Under the pieces are notes generated by a model. That model saw only the letters and a program-made list of their open reading frames with translations, was not told the origin of the DNA and did no database searches. 64,000 nt of DNA from assembly GCF_009914755.1 (NCBI RefSeq), contig NC_060925.1. One strand, 5' to 3'. Shown one piece after another: positions 16,275-31,064 of the stretch. The DNA is from the human T2T-CHM13v2.0 reference genome, Homo sapiens. Made by a program: the position numbers and the translations under genes. Numbering within the stretch: position 1 is the stretch's first letter; each line of letters starts with the position of its first letter.

Positions 16275-19200
16275 TCTTGTGTTAGATGTAGACTTCTTGT
16301 GTTAGATGTAGACCATGAAGTGGACACGGAAGGCACCTGGTTCATCTCTGCTTCCATCATCAAGGGCTGTTATCTTTTCTCCTGCTTTCTGTTAAGCCTG
16401 AATCTTGGATATCCTGCCAAATATTTATGTTCTTTGTGCTTTGCATTTTTAAATTACAAACGTTTTTAAAACTTCCATCAGTGATGAAGAAAGGAGTTAA
16501 GAGAAATAAGAGTGTCTTTGAGCTTTAAGAGAAGAAGATATTCCAAAAATATTCAGCATTAATTTATATGAGTTAATCTCTTATTTCTCATTCAATCATA
16601 TAAATTAAATTTCAGTAGAATGAGTTTATTCTTCCCACCTTGGAAGAGTGATTAAGTAATCATTTGTAAATATAAGTGGACAAGTTTTATATCATTAACA
16701 CTTCGACTGGGGATCCATTCACTGGAACCCAGAGCTCTTCCAGACCTTTAATTTCTATAATAGAATATTCTATGATGCTAGAGAATCTATACTGCCAAGG
16801 GGCTCTTTAAAATGGTGACTAAATGTAGCTACAGAGTCATAAAATCCTCAGCATGTCTGGTATAGTAGATGTGTTCCTGGGAAATTGCAAGTCAAATTAC
16901 CGTCAATTGGATTCTATTTACATATTTACATATTCTATATTTTAGATATGCCCAACTACCACTGTTTCCTAACTCTTTAGTTTAAATTTTCTGCTCCTTT
17001 CACCCCTCCCAAGACCTAATGACCTGTCTAGGAAACAAGGACAGAAATTAATCTTTGCTGAGACTCTTCTAAGGGTTACATTATTCAATCTATACCAAAT
17101 CTGTGATGAGGGTTTCATCCAAAGAAAAGCTGAGGCCCAGAGGTTCTGGTCAATGGAGCAGCGGTAGCATGAGGCTGCCAAGTGTGCCCACTCCAAAGGC
17201 CCCTCTCCCTTCACCCCACCTCATGAACTACTCTGCTCCAAGTTCTTGGTGATTCTTAAAATAGGGAGCTCCGTCCTTAAAGGATAATTAAGAGCTCCCC
17301 TTAAAGGGGAGAATTATTTGGTGTTGTGATGAATTGCCCATAATCGGTATGTTTTAAAAATTGTCATTTTCATAAATGTGTCTCCTTAGAGGTGAAAACA
17401 TCTGAAACTGAAATTAAGTGAGAGAGGCAGCATGGGTGTTAGGGGGTAAAATTAAGTCAAACATTTTAGTCAGGAAGATGCAAAATGTTACATCTTTACA
17501 GACCATTGTTTAATAAGCCCAGTGAATAACCCAAGTAAGTAATAATAAAAAACACACACACACACACACACCATTTAGAGGCTCTCCCTGAGCACGTATG
17601 TATTAACTTGAGGCTTAAGAAGGCAGACGTGTCATCTATCTGCTCTAGCCATTTGAAAGCAGCAACAACTTGCTAGCACTGACTGGATTACATAAAGCTG
17701 TTCATGGCAGAGTTCTTGGTAAAAAGGAAAACATCTTCTCTACCCAAGCTCTGAAACCTTGTGCAAACAAAGTTCTCTCAAGTAAGCTGAGCTCTGCCCA
17801 CGGAGCATTCTTCAGGGCTTAGTCTATGTATAAGCTGAGTTACCTGCTATTATCCACACAATGTCAGGAAGGATTTTATGAATGTATGACCTTAGCTTTT
17901 AAAAGGTGACCACAGAAGTTGACAATGACCTAAACTACTCATGAATGTCAGGCTTTCAGAAAAGAAAATGTTACTGACAATCCAGGGGACTACATGGGGC
18001 TGCTCTGCACTCTGAAACCAGGCAGGGAATTGCTGGTTTTAATAGTTGCTGGGGTGTGAGAGACATGGCAATTGGGCTGCTCATGATACCTCTGGGAAAC
18101 GGATTGTTAGAAATAAACAAGGTTTGTGAACAGAGCTCTACTACTCTGGGATCTGCTGGTTTTCACTGGCTAATTTCCCAGATTACTTCGGTAACTGTAT
18201 GTCAACAGAAACCCAGCTTCTTCTGAGCACACTTAACCACCACTGTTTGCACAGAATGGAACCAACCCCTTGCTCATTCAGAGTGTTAGGATTTCTAGAT
18301 CAGAAACACAGACCAATATGAGTTAAGTGAAGTTTCAACTTTCACTCCTTCTTGTAACATTTACTGATCACCTACTCCGTGCTAGGGCCTATGAGAGACA
18401 TTAGTGATACAAAGATGATAAGGAGCGTTCTGCTCCTTCAAGGGGCTCAGTCTAATCCACAAAAATAAACATGAAATACACATGATGCTAAAATGGGACA
18501 GATGTTATGACAGAAGAGAGAACATCTTGGGAGATCAGAAGGCAGTAGCCTATGCATCGTGCTTCACAGAGGTGACATTTCAGTTGGGTGTTAACTGATG
18601 GCTAGGAAGGTAGAGAGATGATCATATGCAAACATGTGGCAGTGAGATAGAGCATGGCATGCTCAGGGAATGGCTATGGGTTGGCAAAAAAGAGAGTTTA
18701 GAGGATTGGGGAAGAAACAGCTGAGGGTCTGGGCCCTCTTAGCTAGGGCAAGAGTTTGAAGTGGACTTGGGAAATTGAAGGTTTCCAAGGAGGCTGAGGC
18801 ATAGATTCACTGGGAAAGGGGTGCGAGAGGTGGGATGAAATCCCAAGGGGATAACTTGTCCTACCCAATATCCAATCCAAATACAACTGGACAAATCTTT
18901 GCTGAAAGAAGGCCCAAATCTAGTGATGAATAGTACTGGTTTCAGCTATTATCTCTGGAAAAAGTCATGGCTACTGTTTCTTTTATAGACCAGAAGAGAA
19001 AGAAAGCCCTCTCCTTTCCATTCACCTGGATACACTAGCCCTCTACATACTCTGGTCATCTTTTTTTCTCTACAATCTCACTTCTCCAGTGCATCTTCCA
19101 CACTGCTATCAGAGTTTCATCTTAAAACACAACTTAAAAACCTGGTTTCTCAACGGCTATAGAATCTGAATCCCCAATTCTTTAGTACTCTTAGCTTTTC

Positions 19201-19614
19201 CTCGTACAATATACCTTTCATTTCTACATTGCTGTGCCTTTGCTCATGTAGGAATGACATGCCTTTCTCCCCTATTCTCAATGTATCATATTCTACTTGT
19301 CCAACGAAGTCTAGCATAATGGCCACTTCCTCAAGGAAGCTCCCTTAATTCTTCTCATCATCATTATATCTTCCTCTGACCCATATCATCTTGCTGGTTC
19401 CAGCTAAGACCCATGAACTCTGCCTTGTCTTTTAGATGATCTGTGGGAAGCTTCTTAGAAGCAGGCCTCTTAATTAGGTGGAAAGGAAAGAAGGGAGACC
19501 AGAAGGGAGGAAGAAGCTTGCTTTTGAGTAGACAAAATAACTGACTCTTGGACAAGAATCAGGTATTCAGAGTCAGTTGAACAGTAAGTAAGTAAAACAA
19601 GGTTGAAGGCCAAA

Positions 19615-20150
19615 GTAGATTATATTTTCCAAAGATGACCTCAACAAAATTTCCTAAGCTCTTCTATAGGTAGCCTCGCATCAAGAAATGGAGCCTAACT
19701 TCCCTCCTCTTGCATCTGGGATGGCCTTATGACTGCTTGAAACCAACAGAATGTAGCAGGACTTTTGAGGCTAGATGAGAAAAAAAAGAGGGCTTCCTCC
19801 TTGTTCTCTTGAAATTCTTGCTCTGAGGGGAGGCAGCTGCCATGTAAGATATCCAACCACCCTGAGACTAAGGTGCTGGAGAGACCACATTATGTATTCC
19901 AATAGATAGTCCCAGGTGAGCTCACACTTCCAGCCACCCCTACCAAGGTACCAGATGTGTGAGTAAAGTCACCTTAGAACCGCTCAGCCAGCCAAGCTAG
20001 CAGCTGGGTACCAATAAGTGACCTTAGTCATCTCCAGGAGGAACAGTAGAATCACTCAGAGGAGGCTTGCCAAACTGCTGGCCCACAAAATCCATGTTTT
20101 AAGTTACTAAGTTTGGGGGTAGTTTATTACACAGCAGTAAATACTGGAAA
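19615..20150 (+). mobile_element. MaLR LTR (MLT1H-like)
   Basis: TTTTCCAAAGATG...CCAACAGAATGTAGCAG...TTTTAAGTTACTAAGTTTGGGGGTAGTTT. Confidence 0.7.
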
Positions 20151-22857
20151 AGCCAGAGAGTGAATTTTTTACTCTGCTTTTTATTCCTAAAGCTAACCAG
20201 TCTTCTGAAAGAGTCAAAATCACTGTTCAAGATTAAAACTTTAGGGATCTCTAGAAATCATGTAGTTGCTTGGTGAGAAACAGGGAGTGACCTGGGTCCT
20301 AACTATGAAGATGAGGCCAGAAGAAACTGGAGGCCCAGAGGTTTGTTACCAGCAAAGGGCACTATTGCTGACCTAACCATAGACAGCAGGCAGACAGACA
20401 CAGGCCTGCAGATGCTCACTGCACTTGGCAGAAGCACAAATTGGAGGTCAGAGGCATGAACAGATTCTTCATTTCTGATAGACAGTACAGTCTAGAGGTC
20501 TGATATTTGTTGTATGAATCCACTGCATCTGGGGACTGTCAGCAATATTGGTGGTAGTGTTTACTGTGAGGCAATGGGCCACTAAGGGGTCACAGGTGCT
20601 ACATAACTGGATATGTGATCTGGACTCTCCTTCCTTCTGAAACATTGTAGTGAGAGAGCTCAAAGGCTGCAGAGTTGGAGCTAGTCTGCCAGACTCTCCA
20701 TGGAGGGACTTTCTGGGGATTCTGGCTGGGAGTTGTCTGTCTTGGTTCATAAGGAAGCCCAGGCCTCTGTGCCTGCCCTGGACATCTTGGCTTGAAGATT
20801 ATACTTGCTGCTCACACAATGTTACATCTCACTTAGCAGCATTCCATGGAACTCATTTGTTAAATGTTAGCACCAACATGTCCTCCACTAGTTTTCAACC
20901 ATTCTTTTGAGCACTAAATGGAACATTCCTCTTTTCTGAGTTCACAATAGCTTCTTTTTCCTAAGGACCATCTTTAAGATCTCTCACAGTGATTTAGATC
21001 TATTCATGCCTGAAAGAGAGGCCAGCTCAAGACCAATGTACAGGCCCTCGTAGTTTTCCTAAAAAGGAAATTGTAAGAGTTTTTTTTTTTTTTTTTTTTT
21101 TAATCTCTAAAGCAGCTTTCTTTTACTGGGAGAAGAGATCAGTATCATGTCCTATACTTTCCAAAGACCTCTAGTATTCTTATTCAATGAATATTTTTAA
21201 AGCCAGAATTCTGACTGAGAATGTGCTTTAAGCTAGATTTTTATAAGAATAAGATTTTGTGGTGATTTTTAAATGACTGGAAATTGCATAATTTTCAGGA
21301 TTATAACTGTGTATATTTCCCTCATGTAAATATTAAGATTCCTTAGTCTCCTGGAGAAGTCTTAACTTTGTCTCTACTTTTAGAATAAAGTCAAGGATTT
21401 ATTAACTGCACTGCAACTAAAATATTAAACAGAAGGGCCTTTCACACACAGATTCAGCGTTAAAAAGCCTCAAATCAAAACAAATGGAGAAATTGGCTTT
21501 AAAGCCAGAAAGAATCAATTGTTTTTGGGTCAGTTTTGGTTTGGGGAGCCTAATGAAGACTGATTGCTCAACAAGGGCTGTGATTAGTGCACTGTCAGTC
21601 ATTGCTAATCACTACAGTACCTCACATTGCCTGTCCTGAATCAAGACACCTTTGCCTGCACAGGCATTTCTCAGTACTCTTGACTACTAGCATACATGTT
21701 AATAAGTCTATTAACAGGCAAATGCATACTAATTAACATGTACATTGTTATTTAAATATTTAAGAGGGAGTGCTAAGTCCCTTTTTAAATGTCATATTAT
21801 GCTCAGTTATGACATCATTTGAAGCTAAATTAGAGAAACCAAGCAGAGCATTTTTCAGTAGTTTATCTGCCTCCTTATATCCTAAGTTCTTTGAGGGCAG
21901 GATCTGGGTATGATTCATCTTTAAATGCTTCTTGGTGCCTGGCATAGTGCCTTGCACACTGGAGTGGCACAGTAAATAGTTTTGGAATGAACAAAAAGAA
22001 AGAAACCTCCTTGAATAGGAGATAGTGGATTCGACTTGAACATATAGACTGGTTCTCTGACAACCACAGGATTTAAGGAACATTTGTACAGCATTGTATA
22101 GTTGGCAAGCACTTCCATACATTTATCGTCTGTCAGCCAAGTGTCAATAAGTTTAGTTCACTATTGAGTAAATTGTCCTTAGGAAGGTTACGGGATTCAT
22201 CCCAGATTTTTTAATTCCCTACTGTATGGAATTACTATATTGTGTGCATACATGAACACAAACACATACACACAATCATCTGCCAAAAGTTCCTTCAAGA
22301 GGCCTGTGATTTTAACATGTCCTCATCTACTCGCCTCATTATTGTCAAAGCTATATTTGCAGGGGAGGGATTGAACAGCATATCTAAGATATAAATTTCT
22401 TCACTCGCAGCCAGATATGCCCACACCCATGCCTACAGAATATTCAGAGTGGCTGATCGACCCAACTTCTCATGAATGCACAAAAACTCAGTGCTTGGCT
22501 CTGCAAACACTCACAATTAATCATCAGGTATAGTTTAGGAAGATGACAAAAAGTCAATTTGAACTGGTAAAACCTAAAGGTCTGGTCCAGAAAAAAGCTG
22601 AAATTGAGGATTCTTGATCCAAAATGTTTAGGTCTTCCTTGCAATAGTAGCAATATGGCAGTAAGGTAAAATTCTCCATGCTTCTTATTTTGACATGTTT
22701 TTAAGCATTATATAAATACACTTTCTATCAAAATAATTTAAAGGCAGTCAGCACCCAGGACAGGAAAATGTGCTAACCATCCTCCCTACCCTACATTTCT
22801 GCAACACAGATATGAGTGGCGGGTAGAACAGAAGGCACGAACAGGCTGGGGAGTGCG

Positions 22858-22977
22858 GCCACCGCCACCACCACCGCCGCCGCCTCCTCCTCCTCCTTCT
22901 CCTCCTCCTTCTCCTCCTCCTCCTCACCCTCCTTCTCCTTTCCCCTTCCTCCTTCTCCTCCTTCTCCTCCTTCCCCT
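22858..22977 (+). repeat. compound CCN triplet repeat grading into a polypyrimidine tract
   Basis: (CCA/CCG)n then (CCT/TCT)n, read directly. Confidence 0.9.
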
Positions 22978-23637
22978 GGGAACCAAAGCCAAAAAATGTT
23001 CCTCATTACTGCTGGTTCTTTGATCTCTTACTCTCTATTTTTAGAACACTCCTGTCCAACATCCTCTGCCCCATTGCCATGACCTTTCATGACATGCTTC
23101 TCTTCTCCTGGTGGTTATTTTGGGATCATATTCCTTTCCCAAAGTATTACTACAGCTAGGATTAATGTATGAGGTAGATCACCACAAGTCCTTGCTTGAA
23201 AATGTACCCAAAGCACATGTTCCTACATGCGGGTGAGAAAGCGGCTGTACGAAGGACACGTCATCTGTATTTTTAGTCATCAAAGCATTCTAGAAGGACT
23301 GCTTAATGAGGTAGATACCACACTGTCACAAGACAACATTATCTAGATGCAGAATTTGCGCACGTGGAATTAGATAATGTGTCCAGCACAGCTAAAGGTG
23401 TGTGTGTGTGTGTTGTTTAAGGGGTAGAAAAAAAGGAGACATAATCATAAAGGAGATATAGGATTTATTACTTTCAAGTTTCTTTCAGAGTTTACATCTC
23501 CCTAAATCTACCAACCACGTATAACAAGAATCAATGCTTTCAATGAGGGAAAGTCAGAGAGATCAAACATGCTTTGACTGTTCAGTATCCCTTAGAAAAG
23601 TATTTCTATACAGAATTTTTTAAAGTAGAATAAAAGT

Positions 23638-23940
23638 GGCTGGGCATAGTGGCTCACGCCTGTAATCCAAGCACTTTGGGAGGCCGAGGCGGGCTGATTA
23701 CCTGAGGTCAGGAGTTCTAGAACAGCCTGGCCAACATGGTGAAATCCTGTCTCTACTGAAAACACAAAAATTAGCCAGGCGTAGTGGTGGGCACCTGTAA
23801 TACCAGCTAATCAGGAGGCTGAGACAGGAGAATCACTTGAACCCAGGAGGCAGAGGCTGCAGTGAGCCGAGATCATACCATTGTACTCCAGCCTGGGTGA
23901 CAGAGCGAGACTCTGTCTCAAAAGAAATAGAAAAGAAAAG
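23638..23940 (+). mobile_element. AluS
   Basis: Full dimer; TSD AGAATAAAAG. Confidence 0.92.
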
Positions 23941-24417
23941 AATAAAAGCTTCCTCACCAGAAATAAGACCAACATCTAGATTCAGGGGAAAATCTCTCTT
24001 CAGTGAAGACAGGAACTGTCTTTTGCATTTACCACTATATCTCCTGTGTTAAGTACAGTGTTAAATAGCTACACAGATGAGATAATTTGATATAACAGTA
24101 ACAGCTAATCTTTATTGAGCACTTAGTGTATGGCTATGTGACATGCACTATTCTGTGAGTTCTGCATCAATTAAATAATTGAATGCTTACAACAATGTTA
24201 TAAGATATGTGCTTGTGCCATCCTCATTTGAGAGATGAGAATACTGAAGTGTAGAAAGGCCAGATATCTTGTTCAAAGTTGGACAGCTCTTAAGTGAGAG
24301 AGCCAAAATTCAACAACAGACACTTTTGGATTCAAAACCTATGCTTGGAAAGTAAAGAAATTAGCTTTTTTTCACTGTAACATGCATGAAAAATTTAAAG
24401 AGAAGAACCGAACTTAG

Positions 24418-24810
24418 TGTTATGGGCTAAATTGTGTCTCCCCGACCCCAAATTCATATATTAGAGTCCTAACCCCCAGTATCTCAGAATGTGATTGTAT
24501 TTGGAGATAGGGTCTTTAAAGAGGTAATTAGGTTAAGTGAGATCATTCAGGGGGCCCTATTCCAATATGACTGGCATTCTTACAGGAAGAGGAAATTTGG
24601 ACACAGACATGAATAGTGGAAAGAGTATCTGAAGACACAAACAGAAGGTGGTCACCTGCAAGCCAAGAAGAGAGGCCTCAGAAGAAACCAACTCTGCTGA
24701 TACCTTGATCTCAGACTTCTAGCCTCCAGAATCATGAGAAAACTAGTTTATGTTGTTTAAGCCACCCAATCTGTGAGACTCTGTTATGGCGGCCCTAGCA
24801 AATGAATACA
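24418..24810 (+). mobile_element. MaLR solo LTR (MLT1B-like)
   Basis: TGTTATGGGCTAAATTGTG...GCCCTAGCAAATGAATACA. Confidence 0.85.
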
Positions 24811-24887
24811 TTCAGTGTTAAGATGTAAAACAGGAGACAAAGAAAATGCACTTGGTCCAAACCAGTAAAAAAAAAAAACATCAATCT

Positions 24888-25183
<296 letters not shown>

Positions 25184-25999
25184 CAAAGTCAATTTAAGAC
25201 ATATAGCTGTTTCTGTTCCATGGATATAAATTGACCAGTTATACAACTTTTGCAAGTTCCATTAGGTGGGATGCCTATCAGGACATTCTTTTTGATGGCC
25301 CAGACAACTCCATTATCACAAAATGAATACAGAAACAAAAAAGTGACTCCAGTTCTAGTTTGTGATGGGTCTCTATGTTTTTTGATTTTATTGCCCTCAG
25401 GTATTTTCATGTTCTGAGTAAAGCCTCTTTCTTTTCTATATACTCATTTATCAGGTGCCTCATGTTTTTAAAATAAAAGTTTTAAAAGTAATAATGCTAA
25501 AAGTAGTATATAAGTTATACTAAAATAAAATAAAATAAGAATATGAAAATCATTCATAATCTCATCATCTGGAGATAAATGCTATTACCAAAGAATACAT
25601 ATTATCTTTATGTCAAAATGGGATCTTGATGTACATAGAATTTTTTGCTCTGCTTTTGTTTAATTAACATTGGTTTGAGAGCCTTTTCTCAAGTCATTAA
25701 ATAGTCTTCAAAAATCATGCTTCTTAATGGCTGCATAATTCCTCCCAAAGGATATACTATAATTTATTAAATTCAATACTAACAAGGTTATTATGAAGCA
25801 GGCACTTTTCTAAACTGGTAGTGGAAGTATAAACTGGAAAGCAGTTTGACATTATATATCATTATTAAAAGAATTCATACCCCTGACTCAGTAATGAAAG
25901 GTATAAGAAAGGTATTAATGTGCAAGCCACCATTTTCACAGTGAAGTCATCTCTGACCATTGCTTTTGAAATTGCACACCTGACTTTTCACTTTGACTA

Positions 26000-27460
26000 G
26001 TAGAGAGCCCTCAGTGTCATCCTAGGTCATTCAGTAGAGACACCAGCAGAGTCACATCTTAGTAGTAGGACTGAACTATCTCTTGAGTGAAAGTTATTCT
26101 AGACCTGCCCTAGAAATATATTAAAATAGGCCTCGAATGGGTCAAACTGATCTACATGTAATTTACTCCCCAAGACAAAGCTCAATACTATTTAAAGAAT
26201 GACAACAAATCCCCAACTCAACAACATAATAGCCATAATACTCAGCTTTCAGTTAAAAATTACTGGACATACCAAGAAGCAAGAAAATGTGATCCAAAAG
26301 AGGAAAAAAATCGATCAATAGAAGCAAACTTAGAAATGATGGAGATAATGAAATTAGAAGGTAATACCATTAAAACAACTATTATAGCTATGTACTAGTA
26401 TTTAAAGTAAAACATAATGTGATGAGAAGTGAAAATCTTTTTTTAAAGAATCAAATAGAACTTCTAGGGATGAAGAGTATAACATCTAAAATAAAGATTT
26501 CACTGGATGAGTGTAGAAGCAGATATGACTCTGCAGAAGAAAAGACCAGTGAACATGAGGGCATAGCAAATTAGAATATACCCAAAATGAAGCACACAGA
26601 AAAAGACTGAAAAAAAAAAATGAACAGAGCTTTTTGTCTTGTGGAATAATAGCAAGCAGTCTAACACATGCAAACTTGTCCACATGGAGAGAAGTAGGAG
26701 GACAGAACGAGTATAAATTATGGTGAGAAAATTTCCCAATTTGATAAAAAGAATAAACCCACAGATCCAAGAATCTAATTAAATCCCATGCAGGATAAAA
26801 AATGAATGACACCAAGACAAATCATTGAAAACCAGTGATAAGGAGAAAATACCAAAAGCAGCCAGAGAGAAAAAGACTAATTACCTACAAGTAATCAAGA
26901 TGAAATAAACAGCAGACTTTTTGTCAGAAATATGTAAGCAAAAATACAATGGAACAACATCTTTAACATGCTAAAAGAGGCAGGGGAAGGGAAAGCCTGT
27001 CAATCTACAATTCCGAACCCAGAAAAAATATTCTGCCTAAATGAAGGCAAAATAAAAACTGTTTTAGAAAAATAAAAGCAAACAGAACTTACTGTTGGCA
27101 GACCTGAACTATAAGAAATGTTCAAAGAAGTTCCTCTAGTAAAAGAAAAATCATATGAGAGAAATTTGGATCTATACAAAGGAATAATGAATGTCAGAAA
27201 TGATAAACATGTGAGTAAATATGAAATACTTTCTTTAAAAGATAATTGAAGCAAAAATATTTACAATGAAGTATGGCGTTTGTAACATATATAGAAGTAC
27301 GATATATGATGCAATAGCACAAAGACTCTTGGGGGAAAATGAAAATATATTATTGTAAGGTTCTTACATTATATATGAAGTAGTCTAATACTATTTGAAG
27401 AGAGACTAGTAAGTTTAACAATGCATATTGCAAACCCCAGAGCAATCAATTAAAAAAATA
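26000..27460 (+). mobile_element. old L1M fragment (degraded ORF1 region)
   Basis: A-rich; ATAAACCCACAGATCCAAGAATCT; AAAAGCAGCCAGAGAGAAAAAGAC; CAGACTTTTTGTCAGAAA. Confidence 0.75.
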
Positions 27461-27864
27461 AGTAGCATTAGAATGATTTTAACATTGGAAGTATATAGAA
27501 AATAATAAAAAAGAATAAGGCTTAAATCCTTTGGAGAAACTAAGTATCAATTCTGACTGAACTGATTATTGCTTATAAGAAACTGGCAACCTATTTTGAA
27601 AAAGTGTATGTTATCTAATGAGAATCTTTAATGTGTCTCTAATTAATATTAATGTATAAACATTAAGGTTTTTTTTCCTATTGATTCTACATTTTTTGAT
27701 GGAAAGTAAACAAATTAATGAGCATCTTTAACACAAAATTAACTGAAATTTTTAAAAATGTATGTTCTTTGTGTAATAAAATCTATATTATGTTATTCTA
27801 CATCATTAAATATTTGTTTACTTTTCCTCATACGACTTTAACAAAAAGATAATGTCATTCCATT

Positions 27865-28125
27865 TCAGGGAGTGTATCCTAGTGGTTTACATATAGACTT
27901 TAGTATCTGACTATCTGGGTTCCAACCTTAGCTTGACTATTTACCAGATACATGACTGTGAGCATGTTACTTCATACCTTTGTATTGTAGTTTCCTGTAA
28001 TGTAGGGAAAATAGTGCCTACCTCAAAGAGTTATTAGGAGGATCAAATGAATTAATATATTGAAAGCATTTAAAAACATACCAGGAAAATAGCAAGTACT
28101 ATAAGAGTGTTAACTATAATTTATA
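27865..28125 (+). mobile_element. MIR SINE
   Basis: CTGGGTTCCAA...ATAGTGCCTACCTCAAAGAGTTATTAGGAGGATCAAATGA. Confidence 0.7.
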
Positions 28126-28212
28126 AAAATTACTATACTATGGCTAGAGGACTGAGATCCAAAGAGATAAAAAATACAGATGTTGTAAAAAGAAAAAACT
28201 ACTTGAGAACTA

Positions 28213-28246
28213 TTAGGTTGGTGCAAAAGTAATTGCACCAACCTAA
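28213..28246. mobile_element. internally deleted MADE1 (Hsmar1 mariner MITE)
   Basis: TA|TTAGGTTGGTGCAAAAGTAATTGCACCAACCTAA|TA: both mariner TIR ends and the TA TSD are present. Confidence 0.9.
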
Positions 28247-29213
28247 TAGAAGAGCTACTTTAGTTCTACCCTATCACTAACTAGCTGTGTGGCCACAGAC
28301 ATGATGCTAAATGTCTCTGGGCCTCATTTACTCATGTGTTCTCTTCTCCCTCATATCCTACTGTGATCTCTTACATAATATTAAGAATCTAGTGTATTAT
28401 ATTGTGTTAAGTACCAAGATAGTCTCTCACGGTTCTTACTGGGGAGAAAGTCACATTTAAAATTAAAGTCACGTTTAAAATTAAAATTAAAGACACAATT
28501 AAAATGGTATAACATGTTAGGTGTAATGATGGAGACCAGAGAACTGCCTGCCACTACAGAAAGCCAATGAATCCATGGGCATTACTAAACTCTTGTCACC
28601 CAAAGGAAGGTCAACTTAGAACGTATACTTCTATGGCTACTGTTCTAATTTTGACCGTGCTTCTGCCATTGATGATACTAGCTCACGGAACTAAACTTTA
28701 TTGGATGTTGGATTAGTAGGTGAATGATTCCTTTTGCAGTTTCTTTCTAAGAAGAATTTGCAAATGGCATCAAGGGTCACCCTGTTTGACAGAGTTGCTT
28801 CTAATCCCTCCAAATAATGAAGCCAGAATTGACTACACATTTTTATTCTTAGGTAAGAAGCTACTTTTAAGATAGCATCATAGCAGCTAATTACTACAAT
28901 TTTAAGTTTGAACCCCTTCTAATCCCTAATAATCCAAGGTAGAACAAAAGGCCAAAAAATATACAATGGCTTTATTAAAAAAAAACAGAAAATATGAGAA
29001 ATTTTAATGCAACAATCTCACTGTATTAACAAATCATATTTAAGAAAAGATAGATATGAAGTTGATTTAGAAATTATTATGACTATCATAAATACTTGAG
29101 GATATTTAAAGATAAACTAATAATGCAGGGCATTTTTAATAGTTTACCACAAAGACCAGTCATGTTTGTTCCCTTTAAAATATGATTTAATCAAAAAGAA
29201 GAATAAAAGTTTC

Positions 29214-29672
29214 TGTTATGGGTTGAGTTGTGTCCCCCAAAAAGATAGGTTGAAATCCTAAGGCCTAGTACCTGAGAATGTGGCCTTGTTTGGAAATAGG
29301 CTGTTTACAGATGTAACAAAGTTAAGATGAGGTCATACTGAATTGGGATGGACCTAATCCAATGACTGGTACCCTTCCATAGAAAGAGGAAATTTGATCA
29401 CAGAGACACAGGCACATGGAAGAGAAGCCATGGAAAGATGGAAGCAGATATTGGAGCGACGCATACACAAACCAAGGAACACTGAGAACTGCTGGAAGCC
29501 ACCAGAAGCTAGAAGAAATAATTATTTTCTATAACCATTGAAGGTAGCATGGCCCTGCTAACACCTTGATTTCAGACTCTCAGCCTCCAGAACTGTGAAA
29601 GAATAAATTTCTGTTGTTTTAAGCCACCCAGTTTACAGTACTTTGGTACGGCAGCCCTCAGGAATTAATACA
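29214..29672 (+). mobile_element. MaLR solo LTR (MLT1C-like)
   Basis: TGTTATGGGTTGAGTTGTGTCCCCCAAAAAGATA...GGAATTAATACA. Confidence 0.85.
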
Positions 29673-30693
29673 GATACTCCAGCAAAATTCCAATGGCAGG
29701 ACTTCTACTTTCAAGCCAAAATGGAGGAACAATGATTTTCCTGCCTGAAACAAATAATAAAACTGGACAAATTATATAAAACAACATTTTTCAGACATAG
29801 GACATCAAACTGCACAGTATAGTGATTGCTTAGAGTGGGGAAATAAGACAAGACCTACAATTATCCCAGCTTACTGCTTGAAAAGAAGATCTAAGCTGTA
29901 GCACAGGCAGGGGGAACCCAGGCAGTCTAGCAGTCTCCCTGGGTTGATGAGAGCTAGTTTTTTGGTGAAGCAAGTATGTCTAGAGATAATGGGCAGAGTG
30001 CTGGACAGGAAAGAGCTACACAAAGAGAGCTCCAGAGATCTGAAAAGGGCACCCCTTATGTCTTCAACTAAGTTCTGTTCAGTACATTCAGATGAAGAAA
30101 TTATCCCAGGCTGGGGAAAGAACTGCCTAAAAGGAGCAGAAGAAACAGTTCTTGCGACATACAAAGAGCTGGGAATATTTTGTGTTCTCAGCAGCCAGAG
30201 TGGAAAACTTCACAAATTATGGGGCAGCAAGTGGGATATTCAGAAAGGTTTTGCCTCAGTCCTGGGGACAAATCAGCCCTAAATTAAATGCCACTTTGGT
30301 CTCTACAAAACTTAAAAGTAAGACTTGAAAGCATTAAACAGTTTCCAAGTAACTGTGTTCCAGAACAAAATTCAAGAATATTTTAAGGAATATAATATCT
30401 AGCACCCGACAAGGTAGAATTCACAATGTATGACATCCACTCAAAACTTACTAGCATGCAAATAAGCAGAAAAACATGATCTATAAAATTAGGAGAAAAA
30501 TTAATCAATGTAAACAGACTCAGAAATGACACACATGATAGAATTAGTAGATAAAGAGATTAAGAGTTATTATTTTAACTATATTCCATATATTGAAAAA
30601 GGTCAAGGAAAGATTAAGCATGCTAAGTAGCAACATGGAAGATATTTTAAAAGACCCAAGTCAAGCTTCTAGAGTTAAAACTACAATGTCTAG

Positions 30694-31064
<371 letters not shown>

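Noticed and set aside
22791-23082. Poly-Glu and poly-Ser/Ala ORFs
   Set aside because: Translations of the triplet repeat with no supporting exon structure
28213-28246. miR-548 precursor
   Set aside because: The stem is only 17 bp and the miR-548-5p seed region falls in the loop; too short for Drosha/Dicer processing
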